A stretch of DNA of 64,000 bases, taken from Nitrososphaerota archaeon. GTDB lineage: Archaea; Thermoproteota; Nitrososphaeria; Nitrososphaerales; UBA57. Every line of letters starts with the position of its first letter. Positions within the stretch are counted from its first letter, which is position 1. The notes under the pieces were generated by a model that did no database searches, was not told where the DNA came from, and worked only from the letters and a program-made list of their open reading frames with translations. The position numbers and the translations under genes were made by a program. The DNA is taken from contig VHBL01000003.1 in NCBI GenBank assembly GCA_016871995.1, positions 18,004 through 82,003 of the forward strand. Direction: 5' to 3'. This document shows positions 17,253 to 26,935 of the stretch, piece by piece.

Positions 17253-17750
17253 TTGTGGCCGGAACACTTCACCCGCAGTGACCTCAAGCAAGTACAGTCC
17301 AGCGGAGGATATGTTATGACCAAAGAGGGCACCATAGTGAACCCTCGAAGCGTCCACAGGCATCTGGTTTTAGCAGTGGAGGAGCTGGGATACATGATCA
17401 GGTCTAGCCAGGACGAAAGCTTCACAATTCAGAAGGAAGCGTTGGGAGAATCTACGGGCACATTGACTTCTAGAATAGGCGGAGTCAAGAATACAGAAGG
17501 TGCGGGCTACATATCCTATGGGTACGTCAGCCGCATCGTGATGGCAGTTCTTACAGTCGTAGCTGTGATAGGGCTCGCTCTCAGCCCCTTTGGCCTGCTA
17601 GTCACAGCCGCTGTAGCGCCAGTAGGCTATTTAGTGTGGAAAAGATCTCTCAAGACTGTCAAGTTCAAGGTTCTGCAGCAGAGCAGGCATCCTTATCGAG
17701 GGAGAGGTTACCGAGAAAAAGTCTCAGAAAAAGTCTGCACAAGTTGCTGA
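17253..17750 (+). CDS. Hypothetical membrane protein (probable start ATG 17316)
   Basis: TM stretch IVMAVLTVVAVIGLALSPFGLLVTAAVAPVGYLVW. It may be fused by a frameshift to ORF 17800..18105. Confidence 0.4.
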   Translation: MWPEHFTRSDLKQVQSSGGYVMTKEGTIVNPRSVHRHLVLAVEELGYMIRSSQDESFTIQKEALGESTGTLTSRIGGVKNTEGAGYISYGYVSRIVMAVLTVVAVIGLALSPFGLLVTAAVAPVGYLVWKRSLKTVKFKVLQQSRHPYRGRGYREKVSEKVCTSC

Positions 17751-17799
17751 GCTTGTTGCACAGACAACGATTACAGTTGCAGGAATTGTTAGCATATCT

Positions 17800-18105
17800 G
17801 TGGCTGGAGATATTGACAAGGTTACAAAAAAGGCGATTCTGCAGAAAGCTCCTAACGCTTTTGAAGTCCATCCTTATGAAAAATCCAAACTGCAAGGGTT
17901 TCTTGACGATATGACAAAAAGATATGCAGAAATAGAGTTCGGAACCATCGCCAGTGATGTCGAAACCCTACTCTCTAAGGTAGAAACTTCTGGCAAGAAG
18001 AAAGCTGCAGAGCAACCTGCACAACAACCTGCACAACCAGAACCCGCTCCACAGCCATCCCAAAGCGTTCCATCAGATACGCCAAAAGATCAAGCGCAAA
18101 GCTGA
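17800..18105 (+). CDS. Hypothetical protein with Q/P/A-rich tail
   Basis: GTG start. The frame is open upstream to about 17630 without a canonical start codon. Confidence 0.4.
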   Translation: MAGDIDKVTKKAILQKAPNAFEVHPYEKSKLQGFLDDMTKRYAEIEFGTIASDVETLLSKVETSGKKKAAEQPAQQPAQPEPAPQPSQSVPSDTPKDQAQS

Positions 18106-18237
18106 CATCCCATTCCCAGAATTTGTGCCTATCCCAGATTTTAATCTATTTATAGGTACAACTCAGTAGCTTGATTCGTAGCAGAGCCTAGGCAATCTAG
18201 ATCCAGACGAAATATTGCGATAGTCGCGGCTATCATC

Positions 18238-18804
18238 GTGATTGCTACTACTCTGGCTATCTATTTTGGACTTCCCAAACCGAATTCGGGGCAACCTGAA
18301 TCTAAGTTAGGAATAAGCGTCCTAAACGATCCATCTGAAGATGTAGGAAAGAACTTAACGTTTTTAGATGTAACTTCTGCTAAGGTTGCTCTGTCGGGTG
18401 GTAATTTGTCATTCAGCGTCACGGTTGCTGGCCAGATACCACAATCGCCTACATCCTACGTTGCATTTGGCTGGTTTATTACGTCTGGAGTTACATCCAT
18501 CGATCGCCCAATCATCGTCCTGATTTATGACCCTAGCGTTGGGCATTGGGTTGCTTCAGTCTTCGCAGGTAGACCTCCAAGCGAATCTACTAAAGGTCTC
18601 TCCTTTACCGTAGAAGGGAACACTGCCACGGTCTTCGTCTCACTGCAGACTTTGGACAATCCCTCGACTTTCACGTGGCATGTTGTTTCTCGTGACGCTC
18701 CTTTTGGTATAGGCTTAGGCATACGCGATCTTCCAGGCACGGGTACTGCAATTGATAGAGCACCCAATTCTGGCGACGTAAACTGGTGTGAGAATGATTG
18801 TTAA
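18238..18804 (+). CDS. Secreted/anchored hypothetical protein
   Basis: The signal-anchor RSRRNIAIVAAIIVIATTLAIYFGL begins upstream of the first canonical start codon (GTG 18238). Confidence 0.5.
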   Translation: MIATTLAIYFGLPKPNSGQPESKLGISVLNDPSEDVGKNLTFLDVTSAKVALSGGNLSFSVTVAGQIPQSPTSYVAFGWFITSGVTSIDRPIIVLIYDPSVGHWVASVFAGRPPSESTKGLSFTVEGNTATVFVSLQTLDNPSTFTWHVVSRDAPFGIGLGIRDLPGTGTAIDRAPNSGDVNWCENDC

Positions 18805-18821
18805 TGATGAATTGATAGCGG

Positions 18822-19778
18822 TTAGCTGAGCCCAAATTCAGCAAGTTTCTTGTTGTTCTTCTCAATGCCTTTTACTTCTGCTTCAGTAGGGAAGAAGTAT
18901 TTTTCGTTCCACCCTTCAGGAAGTTTCTCAGGCGACTTACCCGTTAAAGCAAGTACGCCCCATATCTTTCCGATAGATGCTTGACCCTCTTTCGATGCAA
19001 GGAAGTCAAGGAAATGCCTAGCGGAGGGGCTATCCTCTGCATTTTTCATCAACCCTGCGGTTGTAAACGTGTACAGCCTAGGAAGTTCCTTTACCCTGAG
19101 CTGCTGCAAATGTGCCCCTTCCTCTTTAAGGCGATAGAAAGCCAGCGAATAGGCTGCCAGAGCGATAGACTTCTCACCAGCCTCTAAAGCCTGAAGCAAG
19201 TGATCTATGCAGTCGTATGTCTGCGGTTTGATTTTACCAACAATATTCAAAACCTCTTTCCATCGCCGTTCTCCAAGAATCCTCTTTAGCGCACAAAGAT
19301 AGTATGCAGTAAGGTTTCCAGCAGAGGACGCTAGGACAGCTTGACTTCCAATCTTGCTTCTAAACCCGTCTGCAAATTCCTTTATGCTGTTAGGAACGTT
19401 CCCATTAAGCCGTTCGCTGTATACAGGAAACATCGAAGTTATCCCAATGGCCATCCATGTCTTCGAACTGTCTTGGGCAAATTGAGGAAAAGAGTTTGAA
19501 GGAGAGTATCTCGCTAGAAGCCCTCTATGCTTCATCTGGAGCAGAAGATAATGCGGAGCAATTACAATATCAGCGGTAGGCAGACCAGCCTTGATCTCTC
19601 CTTCAACTCTTTTCAAGACGGGAAATGGATGATCATCCAAATAAGCCGGAAACTCTTCAAGAGTGTACTTTCTGCGGAATGTCCACAGGAGATCGCTTAC
19701 TCCCCTTCTTACTCCCATGGACGCATAAATAGTTGTACGCCTTCCCTTTGTCTTGACCATCTGCATGCGCAGAAACAT
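18822..19778 (-). CDS. Periplasmic-binding-protein fold (family 1, FbpA/AfuA-like) protein without signal peptide
   Basis: The SBP-like pattern is TTIYASMG....ADIVIAP....GLLARYSP. There is no N-terminal hydrophobic segment. Confidence 0.65.
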   Translation of the reverse strand: MFLRMQMVKTKGRRTTIYASMGVRRGVSDLLWTFRRKYTLEEFPAYLDDHPFPVLKRVEGEIKAGLPTADIVIAPHYLLLQMKHRGLLARYSPSNSFPQFAQDSSKTWMAIGITSMFPVYSERLNGNVPNSIKEFADGFRSKIGSQAVLASSAGNLTAYYLCALKRILGERRWKEVLNIVGKIKPQTYDCIDHLLQALEAGEKSIALAAYSLAFYRLKEEGAHLQQLRVKELPRLYTFTTAGLMKNAEDSPSARHFLDFLASKEGQASIGKIWGVLALTGKSPEKLPEGWNEKYFFPTEAEVKGIEKNNKKLAEFGLS

Positions 19779-19850
19779 TCGGCTAAATCATCATGTCGTA
19801 AGAATAATTCTAACCTAACCCTTATACTGAATTCATAAAAATTTTCTTCC

Positions 19851-20771
19851 ATGCACACGATAAAGCACGGCTACTATGCACCCTATTTTTACTGGATGTT
19901 TCCTTTAATCGTAGCTAATGAAGAAGCAATCTTCCCTAAAGTTGGCGTTGATTTCAAGGTTACAGACATTGTAGCAGGAGGACAGCCTGAAAACAAGGCA
20001 GATTGGTACCTCGAAGCATTTCAAAAGGGAGTACGCGACTTTTACTTCTGCTGCGCTTGGCAGGGAGTTTATAGTACTAACACGACTAGGAAGGGAAGAA
20101 TAATAGCAGCCGCTCCATCAACTCTTCTCAAAACCTTTGCAATCTACACGAAACCTGATTCTGACGTGAAGAGCGTCTACGATCTTGGGAAGAACAGGTA
20201 TGCCGTTGCGGTTAACAAGTTTGCAGACGCGCATTACGTTACGCTCAAGAACATGAGGCAGTTTCTGCCTGATTCTCAGATACAGCTTGCACACCTTGGC
20301 GGAGTAGAACAGTGTTTCAGAGCCCTCTTGGATGGCAAGGTCAAGGCAGCTACTCTTGCAGGACCTTATGCTGACTTTGCGCAGTATATAGGGATGAGGA
20401 GAGTATTGGGCCTGTCGAGAGACGAGCCTACATTCATAGTTATGGATGAAACATTCGACAAGGAAACAGTTTCAGTATTTTTGAAAGCGGTCAATATGGC
20501 GATCGCAAGGATAAGGGAAAATCCAGAAAGATACAGGGATAGATACTACAAAGAATTCGAAATGGTGGTGAAGGCTTTCCTCCAAGAACTCGCGCCGAAT
20601 CTCAAAGGATTCAGGGAGAGGATGGAGATTCCGGTCTGGGCAGACTTGAGGCAAGTCACTAGGCAAGAGTTCGAAACTATAAGGAACTTTATGGAGGAAA
20701 CAGGCCTGATAACTGGGAAGACTACTTATGAGGAGCTCGTCAACCCAGAATCTCCCATACTGGCAAAGTAG
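19851..20771 (+). CDS. NMT1/THI5/SsuA-like SBP-fold protein without signal peptide
   Basis: 306 aa with no signal peptide. Paralogous in architecture to 20841..21782. Confidence 0.6.
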   Translation: MHTIKHGYYAPYFYWMFPLIVANEEAIFPKVGVDFKVTDIVAGGQPENKADWYLEAFQKGVRDFYFCCAWQGVYSTNTTRKGRIIAAAPSTLLKTFAIYTKPDSDVKSVYDLGKNRYAVAVNKFADAHYVTLKNMRQFLPDSQIQLAHLGGVEQCFRALLDGKVKAATLAGPYADFAQYIGMRRVLGLSRDEPTFIVMDETFDKETVSVFLKAVNMAIARIRENPERYRDRYYKEFEMVVKAFLQELAPNLKGFRERMEIPVWADLRQVTRQEFETIRNFMEETGLITGKTTYEELVNPESPILAK

Positions 20772-20840
20772 GTCTCATGGAGACGCGTTAGAATTATTCT
20801 ACCACATTGCTCAAATTTGTTATAATTAGCGGGAAGAACC

Positions 20841-21782
20841 ATGTCAAAAACATTCAGGTTGAAGGTAAAGAACTCCTACATCCCTTGGTCATTCCTTGAC
20901 ATAATTGCCAAAGACGATGGATTATTCGCAAAGAGAGACATTTCAATAGACTTCTTCAGTGTAGGCAAGGCCGAGTCAGAACCATCGGACAAGATAAGGT
21001 GGTATTCAGACTTGGTGAAGACGGACAAGCTTGATGCCTATTCTGTATGCGCTTGGGGGGCGATAGACAGGCTCGCTGGTGCAGAGACACAGAAGGAGAA
21101 GATACTTGCAGCCTCCACATCTTCGTCATACGCCTTTTCAATAATAGTTCAGCCGGGTTTAGGAATAAAGACGGCAAAGGATCTAGCGGAGATACCAATA
21201 GCGGTGAACATGAAGACTGGTTCCCATTATTGCGTACTTAGCGACCTTGAAAGGGCACTACCTTACGACAGCATCAAAGTTGTTCACGGAGGGGAACCAC
21301 AGAGCAGGCTAAAAGGACTGATTGATGGAAAGTTCCAAGCAGTTGCATTGATAAGCCCATATACAGAACTTGCGATAAAACTTGGATATCCTAAAGTTGC
21401 AGAGACCAAAACTGTCGATGTTCTAGCATTCGTTGCCAGAGACGACATACCGATGGACACTATGGTAAAGTATCTTGATGCTCTAAACGAGGCTTCAAAG
21501 CAGCTCAGGGCCGATCCCGAGAAGTACAGGAATCTGTACATTAGGACATTCAGGGAAACCTTCGCTGGATATCCTGAAGATCTCAGGGCCAGAGTGAACA
21601 AGGTTATTGACCAGATAGGCTCGACGGTGCCGATAACCACATGGGGAGAACTAGTTTCTTATCCAAAGGAGTCCTTCAACCAGCTTAGCACATGGATGAG
21701 CAAGCACAATTTGCTACAGTCAAAGGTGGACTATGAGAGTCTTGTGCTGGAGCAGCCCTTAGCAAAGGCAAAGGGCCATTAG
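20841..21782 (+). CDS. NMT1/THI5/SsuA-like SBP-fold protein without signal peptide
   Basis: 313 aa, same pattern as the upstream paralog (GKFQAVALISPYTELA versus GKVKAATLAGPYADFA). Confidence 0.6.
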   Translation: MSKTFRLKVKNSYIPWSFLDIIAKDDGLFAKRDISIDFFSVGKAESEPSDKIRWYSDLVKTDKLDAYSVCAWGAIDRLAGAETQKEKILAASTSSSYAFSIIVQPGLGIKTAKDLAEIPIAVNMKTGSHYCVLSDLERALPYDSIKVVHGGEPQSRLKGLIDGKFQAVALISPYTELAIKLGYPKVAETKTVDVLAFVARDDIPMDTMVKYLDALNEASKQLRADPEKYRNLYIRTFRETFAGYPEDLRARVNKVIDQIGSTVPITTWGELVSYPKESFNQLSTWMSKHNLLQSKVDYESLVLEQPLAKAKGH

Positions 21783-22627
21783 CGAGGAATAGCGTCGTAA
21801 AACTGTTCGGCTCCAGAATACTTGTTGTAAAGGAGCCGAAAGTTTCTTTCTACTATCATTTTTAATTTCCAATCTTCACTCCCTTCCAGTATCGGGATAT
21901 CCTTAGTACCCTCCTTTACCCGCTTACGCACTTCTGTATCGAACTTTCTCAAGTAACTTGCAAACGTCCCAACGTGCTCTTTTGAGGAGATAGTCCCATG
22001 CCCGGGGACTATCTGGTCAATTCGCATCCCCTTGATTTCTTCTAGCCTGTTAAGCCATGCAGGCAAGTTAGCATCTTCAATGTTCGGATGGTAATTTACT
22101 GACAGCACATCCCCAGAAATCAGAACTTTGTCATCAGGCAATAGTACCATAGTATCTCCATCTGTATGTGCCCCTTTTTTGGGGTGAATTATCTTGAGAG
22201 TCTTTTCTCCAAAATATTCTACGAAACCTTCTTTGTACGTTCGCTGAGGAGGAGCTATTGAGATTCCATCCAGATCTTCTTTGAGCTTTCTGCCTAACCT
22301 TCTATATGCTTTAATTCTTTCTTCGCCTCTCCCAATAATTCTCGTCTTGCAATTCTCATGAGCAAGTATTGTGGCTTCAAAGACGGAGTTTCCGAAGACA
22401 TGGTCTGAGTGATCGTGCGTATTTATCACAAGTTTTACAGGTTTATAGGTTCTCTTCTTGATCTCCTTGAGAAGCGAATAAGATATCTTGTTCGTGAAAC
22501 CTGTATCAATCAGAATTACCCCATCATGAGTGACTATGAAGGTCTGGTTTGCACCCCAGCCGTCGTGGATGCTGTCGCTCTTTCCGAGATTTACAAAAAC
22601 GTTCTCTGCAACTTGCTTAACCGGCAT
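21779..22627 (-). CDS. Metallo-beta-lactamase-fold hydrolase
   Basis: HxHxDH motif (NTHDHSDHVFGN) and a downstream PGHG. Confidence 0.85.
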   Translation of the reverse strand: MPVKQVAENVFVNLGKSDSIHDGWGANQTFIVTHDGVILIDTGFTNKISYSLLKEIKKRTYKPVKLVINTHDHSDHVFGNSVFEATILAHENCKTRIIGRGEERIKAYRRLGRKLKEDLDGISIAPPQRTYKEGFVEYFGEKTLKIIHPKKGAHTDGDTMVLLPDDKVLISGDVLSVNYHPNIEDANLPAWLNRLEEIKGMRIDQIVPGHGTISSKEHVGTFASYLRKFDTEVRKRVKEGTKDIPILEGSEDWKLKMIVERNFRLLYNKYSGAEQFYDAIPR

Positions 22628-22630
22628 GTT

Positions 22631-23458
22631 CTATGCTTCGCTGATTTCAGTTCGCGCCTCCCAGAGTACTGGGAAGAACCTTTTTGTCAGTGATGTTTGA
22701 AGATAAGAAACTCCAGATATGTTGAAGGCATAAGGTCCCACAACGTCCTTGACAATTTCAGAACCTGTTCCCTGCTTCCTGCCTATTACGCGCTCCACCA
22801 TTGCTATATGATGGGTTCTCCAGAGCCAGAAATTCTTATCATATTCCATTAACACTTCAGCAAGCTCTTCAACTTCTGGATACTTTTTGCCAGAAAAGAG
22901 CCTTACGAGGGCCTTAAGCTCCTTCTTGTAGAGTTTTCTCTTAGAGTCAGCGTTAATATCGAATTTATAGCGTTCAAGAACTTCTCTAAAACCATCCCAC
23001 AATGAAGGGGACTCGAACCGTTTCAGCAGTTGCTCATAATCAGATTCGTCATCTTCATGCATCTTTAGGAATTTCTCATCCTTTTGACCAGAAACGAATT
23101 CCAATTCTCTGAACTGCAAAGATTGAAAGCCACTAGCAGGTCTGAGCAGAGTACGGAACTTCAAGAAGTCTTTTGGCCTTATCGTTTCCAATACTGTGAT
23201 TTGCTGAATAAGGACCTTCTGAACTTCCACGACCCTTCGTATCAGCCTAGTAGCTTCAGGTACATCTCCTGCCAGCATGTGCGAAATAGCAGATTCGAGT
23301 TCATTGAGCATCAGTTTGAACCATAATTCGTATGTCTGGTGGGCAATTATGAACAGAACTTCGTCTTGCTGCCTCGGCTTCGAAATTAGCTTCTGCAGAC
23401 CAAGCAGGTGATCTATATGCAGATATCCTTTGTAGGAGAGAGGCTTCTTTGCTGACAA
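22631..23458 (-). CDS. kynA: Tryptophan 2,3-dioxygenase
   Basis: YKGYLHIDHLLGLQ, LFIIAHQTYELWFKLMLNELE and WRTHHIAMVERVIG match the TDO signature regions. Confidence 0.8.
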   Translation of the reverse strand: MSAKKPLSYKGYLHIDHLLGLQKLISKPRQQDEVLFIIAHQTYELWFKLMLNELESAISHMLAGDVPEATRLIRRVVEVQKVLIQQITVLETIRPKDFLKFRTLLRPASGFQSLQFRELEFVSGQKDEKFLKMHEDDESDYEQLLKRFESPSLWDGFREVLERYKFDINADSKRKLYKKELKALVRLFSGKKYPEVEELAEVLMEYDKNFWLWRTHHIAMVERVIGRKQGTGSEIVKDVVGPYAFNISGVSYLQTSLTKRFFPVLWEARTEISEA

Positions 23459-23469
23459 TTTTTGCTCTT

Positions 23470-24837
23470 TTACTTGTTGACCCAGGGGTAAAGCTCTTTT
23501 AATCCATTAAGAGCCTTCTTTATTGCCTTAACATCGGCATCATTCTTCTCCATATGTCCCTCTTTATATTCCCTGTAAGCCTCTAAATCTAGCAGTCCAT
23601 GTCCGCAAAGGTTGAACAGAATGACTTTCTTTTCACCTGTCTGCTTGCACTTCTTTGCTTCGTCGATAACGCCTTTTATCGCGTGAGCAGTTTCTGGAGC
23701 GGCTACTATGCCTTCAGTACTTGCAAAGAAAGCCGCAGCGTCAAATATCTCCGTCTGGTTGTATGCTACGACATCGATCTGCTTTTCATGGTACAATAAG
23801 CTCATTGATGGTGCAGCCCCGTGTACTCTTAACCCTCCAGTATGGATTGGTGGAGGTACAAAATTATGACCTATGGTGTACATTCTGAAGAGTGGGCTAG
23901 TTCTCATGACGTCCGAATGATCATACAGATATTCGCCTTTAGTAAACCTTGGTGCTGCGGTCGATTCTACCCCGAGGAACCGAACATCCTTTGGAGCTCT
24001 CTTGCTGATCTTGTCATAGTAATAGGGCCAGAATATGCCAGAGAAGTTGCTCCCTCCTCCCACACAGCCTACTACAATATCGGGGTAGTCGCCGTAAGGT
24101 TCAAACTGTTTCTGCGCTTCCAATCCGATCAAAGTTTGACTTGCAAGAACGAAGTTCATTATGCTCCCTACAGCATTTCTTGCCTTTTCATCACGCATGA
24201 CATCCTCTATAGCCTCGCTTTTGGCTATGCTCATAGATCCTGGGCCGTCAGGATCGTCTTGCAGAACATTCTTTCCAACAGAAGTGTTTGTGCTAGGGCT
24301 AGCGAAGATTTGCGCACCCCATGCCTCCGCTAGGTCTTTGCGGTAGGGCTTCTGATCGAAAGCCGCTCTTGCCATATAGATAGTGCATTTTACTCCGAAT
24401 AACTTGCAGCCAAATGCAAGTGCCGTGCCCCACTGTCCAGCAGTAGTGCTGGTAACTAATCTTTCAATCCCTTCCTTCGCTGCGTAATATGCCTGAGCAA
24501 CTGCAGCATTTGCCTTATGCGATCCTGGGGGACTTACGGATTCATTTTTGTAATAGATTCTTGCAGGCGTGTTTAGAGCTCTTTCAAGCCTTCTCGCTCT
24601 AACAAATGGCGTAGGCCTCCAAATCGAGTATATCTGCCTCAGCTCTTCGGGGATCTGGATGAACCGCTCGTTCGAGTATTCGTGTCTTGCAAGCTCTCTA
24701 ATGAAAAGCCTATGCAGGATGGCTTTGTCTGCGACCTGCCTTGTCTTTGGATCAATTACAGGCGGAAGTTTCTTGGGTAAATCGGGAACTATGTTGTACC
24801 ACTGTGCTGGTATTGACTCTAATGCAGTAGCTAGCAT
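23470..24837 (-). CDS. trpB: Tryptophan synthase beta-like protein, TrpB2 type
   Basis: 455 aa (the long TrpB2 form). The PLP-lysine context is PPGSHKANAAVAQAYYA, with GGGSNFSG. Confidence 0.85.
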   Translation of the reverse strand: MLATALESIPAQWYNIVPDLPKKLPPVIDPKTRQVADKAILHRLFIRELARHEYSNERFIQIPEELRQIYSIWRPTPFVRARRLERALNTPARIYYKNESVSPPGSHKANAAVAQAYYAAKEGIERLVTSTTAGQWGTALAFGCKLFGVKCTIYMARAAFDQKPYRKDLAEAWGAQIFASPSTNTSVGKNVLQDDPDGPGSMSIAKSEAIEDVMRDEKARNAVGSIMNFVLASQTLIGLEAQKQFEPYGDYPDIVVGCVGGGSNFSGIFWPYYYDKISKRAPKDVRFLGVESTAAPRFTKGEYLYDHSDVMRTSPLFRMYTIGHNFVPPPIHTGGLRVHGAAPSMSLLYHEKQIDVVAYNQTEIFDAAAFFASTEGIVAAPETAHAIKGVIDEAKKCKQTGEKKVILFNLCGHGLLDLEAYREYKEGHMEKNDADVKAIKKALNGLKELYPWVNK

Positions 24838-24895
24838 GGAAAAGTCTTCTTTAGAGTCTATTAATAGAATTCCGTTAGAATCTCTCTAACAGCAT

Positions 24896-26935
24896 TTACT
24901 GTTGAAGTATCATTCGCAGCTTTTCAGGATCAGATGTTGGAAGATCGCAGGTAAAGTTCTTGCAGACATATGCGGTAGTTTCTCCCTCCAACTGGATCCT
25001 GTCTTTCAGCAAAGGTATCATTTCAGAATAATCCTTCCCTGCAGGCTGAAGAGCTACTATGATATCTGGCCTGTAAGTTTCCGATATTATCCGAAGCATC
25101 CTTTTTGTAATTTCTTCACCCAAACTACCAGATATAGCAACTTCTTTTGGCGGATTCAAAAGATAATCAAGTGCTATTAGCCAGTTAGTCAATCCTGTAG
25201 GATAGTTTTCCATCTGTGTACTTACCGATCTTAGAGCTTTCTCTGTAGATTTTGCAAACTTTGTATCTCCCGTATATGCGAACAGTTTCAGCATGATCTG
25301 AGCCGCCGCAGACCCCCCAGAAGGGAGAGCCGAATCGAAGGAACTCTTGGGTCTTGCAATTAACTGCTCATGGTCGTCTGATGTGTCGTAATATCCTCCA
25401 TCGTTCTTGTCTTCAAAATGATCGATTATCATGTTCGCCATCTTTTTTGCTTCTGCTAGCCATCTTGGGTTAAATGTGCTCTGATACAGTTCGATTAACC
25501 CATCAGCCAAGAAAGCATAATCTTCCAAATATCCGTTGATCTTTACAGTTCCATCCTTCCATACATGCAATAACCTTCCCTCTCTCTCCATGTTGCCCAG
25601 AATGAATTCTGCATTATTTTCTGCTGCATTTAGGTAATCTTCCCTGCCCAGAACTCTTGCAGCCTCACTCATCCCCGATAGCATCAACCCATTCCACGAT
25701 GCAAGGACCTTGTCGTCCCTTCCAGGTTTTATGCGCTTGTTCCTTTCAGCAAGAAGTTTCTTTCTGCACTCTGTCATTGTCTCTTCGAGTTTCTCTACAG
25801 AACTCTTCAGCATTGATGCTACTCCGGAAGGCTCTGTTTGAATGTTCAGGATGTTCTTCCCTTCAAAGTTACCCTCCGCTGTAACTCCGTAGTATGCGCA
25901 GAAACTTTCAGCATCAGTTCCAAGAATTCTCTCGATCTCTTGTTTTGTCCAGACGTAGAACTTGCCCTCTTCCCCTTCGCTGTCTGCATCCTGAGTAGAA
26001 TAGAACCCTCCATTCGCATCTGTCATCTCCCTTAACACATAGTCAATAGTTTCTTCTACGATCTTTCTGCTGATGGGGTTCTTGTTTATCTGATAATCGT
26101 GAAGGTAGACTCTGGACAGAAGGGCATTGTCGTAAAGCATCTTTTCGAAATGGGGAACTAGCCATCTGCTGTCAACCGAATAGCGGTGAAAACCTCCCCC
26201 AAGATGATCGTAAACTCCTCCTTGGGCCATTTTCAATAGTGTAAATTCGACCATCTTGTTGGCTTGGGCAAAGCCCTGCCTTCTTCCTATTCTGATCAGC
26301 AACTCCAACGCCGTCGGTTGGGGAAATTTAGGTGCCCTTCCAAAACCACCATTTATTCTATCAAAACTGCTGTCTAACTGTAAAAATGCGACTTCGATTG
26401 GAAGGTTATTCAGTTCTGCTTTTTCAACAGCTATCTTTTCGTTGAGCCTTTTGTGAAGCTGCTCTGCATCTTTCATAACTTCTTGCTTTCTTGCCTTGTA
26501 AGCTTCGCTTATTGCAGCTAATACTCTTTTGAACGATGGCAGTCCATGGCCCTCATCTGGAGGGAAATACGTACCTCCGAAGAAAGGTTTCCCATCCGGA
26601 GTAAGAAAAACTGTCATAGGCCAGCCACCAGAACCTGTCAGAGCCTGAACGGCTTCCATGTAGACCGTATCCAGATCAGGTCTTTCCTCTCTGTCTACCT
26701 TTATACTGACAAAATTGTCATTCATTATCTTTGCACTCTCTTCATCTTCAAAAGATTCCTTCTCCATGACGTGACACCAATGGCAAGCAGAATACCCTAT
26801 GCTGAGCAGAATCGGCTTATCCTCTTTTCTGGCCCTGGCAAAGGCCTCCTCACCCCAAGGATACCAGTCTACAGGGTTATGCGCATGCTGAAGCAAATAC
26901 GGCGAGGTTTCTTTTGCAAGACGATTAGCATGCAA
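24896..26935 (-). CDS. Thioredoxin-domain (DUF255) / YyaL-type protein with six-hairpin glycosidase-like C-terminal region
   Basis: The N-terminus is [29 protein letters not shown]...[12 protein letters not shown]. 679 aa. Confidence 0.85.
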   Translation of the reverse strand: MHANRLAKETSPYLLQHAHNPVDWYPWGEEAFARARKEDKPILLSIGYSACHWCHVMEKESFEDEESAKIMNDNFVSIKVDREERPDLDTVYMEAVQALTGSGGWPMTVFLTPDGKPFFGGTYFPPDEGHGLPSFKRVLAAISEAYKARKQEVMKDAEQLHKRLNEKIAVEKAELNNLPIEVAFLQLDSSFDRINGGFGRAPKFPQPTALELLIRIGRRQGFAQANKMVEFTLLKMAQGGVYDHLGGGFHRYSVDSRWLVPHFEKMLYDNALLSRVYLHDYQINKNPISRKIVEETIDYVLREMTDANGGFYSTQDADSEGEEGKFYVWTKQEIERILGTDAESFCAYYGVTAEGNFEGKNILNIQTEPSGVASMLKSSVEKLEETMTECRKKLLAERNKRIKPGRDDKVLASWNGLMLSGMSEAARVLGREDYLNAAENNAEFILGNMEREGRLLHVWKDGTVKINGYLEDYAFLADGLIELYQSTFNPRWLAEAKKMANMIIDHFEDKNDGGYYDTSDDHEQLIARPKSSFDSALPSGGSAAAQIMLKLFAYTGDTKFAKSTEKALRSVSTQMENYPTGLTNWLIALDYLLNPPKEVAISGSLGEEITKRMLRIISETYRPDIIVALQPAGKDYSEMIPLLKDRIQLEGETTAYVCKNFTCDLPTSDPEKLRMILQQ

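Noticed and set aside
22631-23458. Apparent loss of a catalytic His in TDO (QDE instead of HDE before LFII)
   Set aside because: On re-checking against the human TDO numbering, the distal catalytic His is the one in the (T/A)HQ..ELWFK motif. That His is conserved here (IIAHQTYELWFK).
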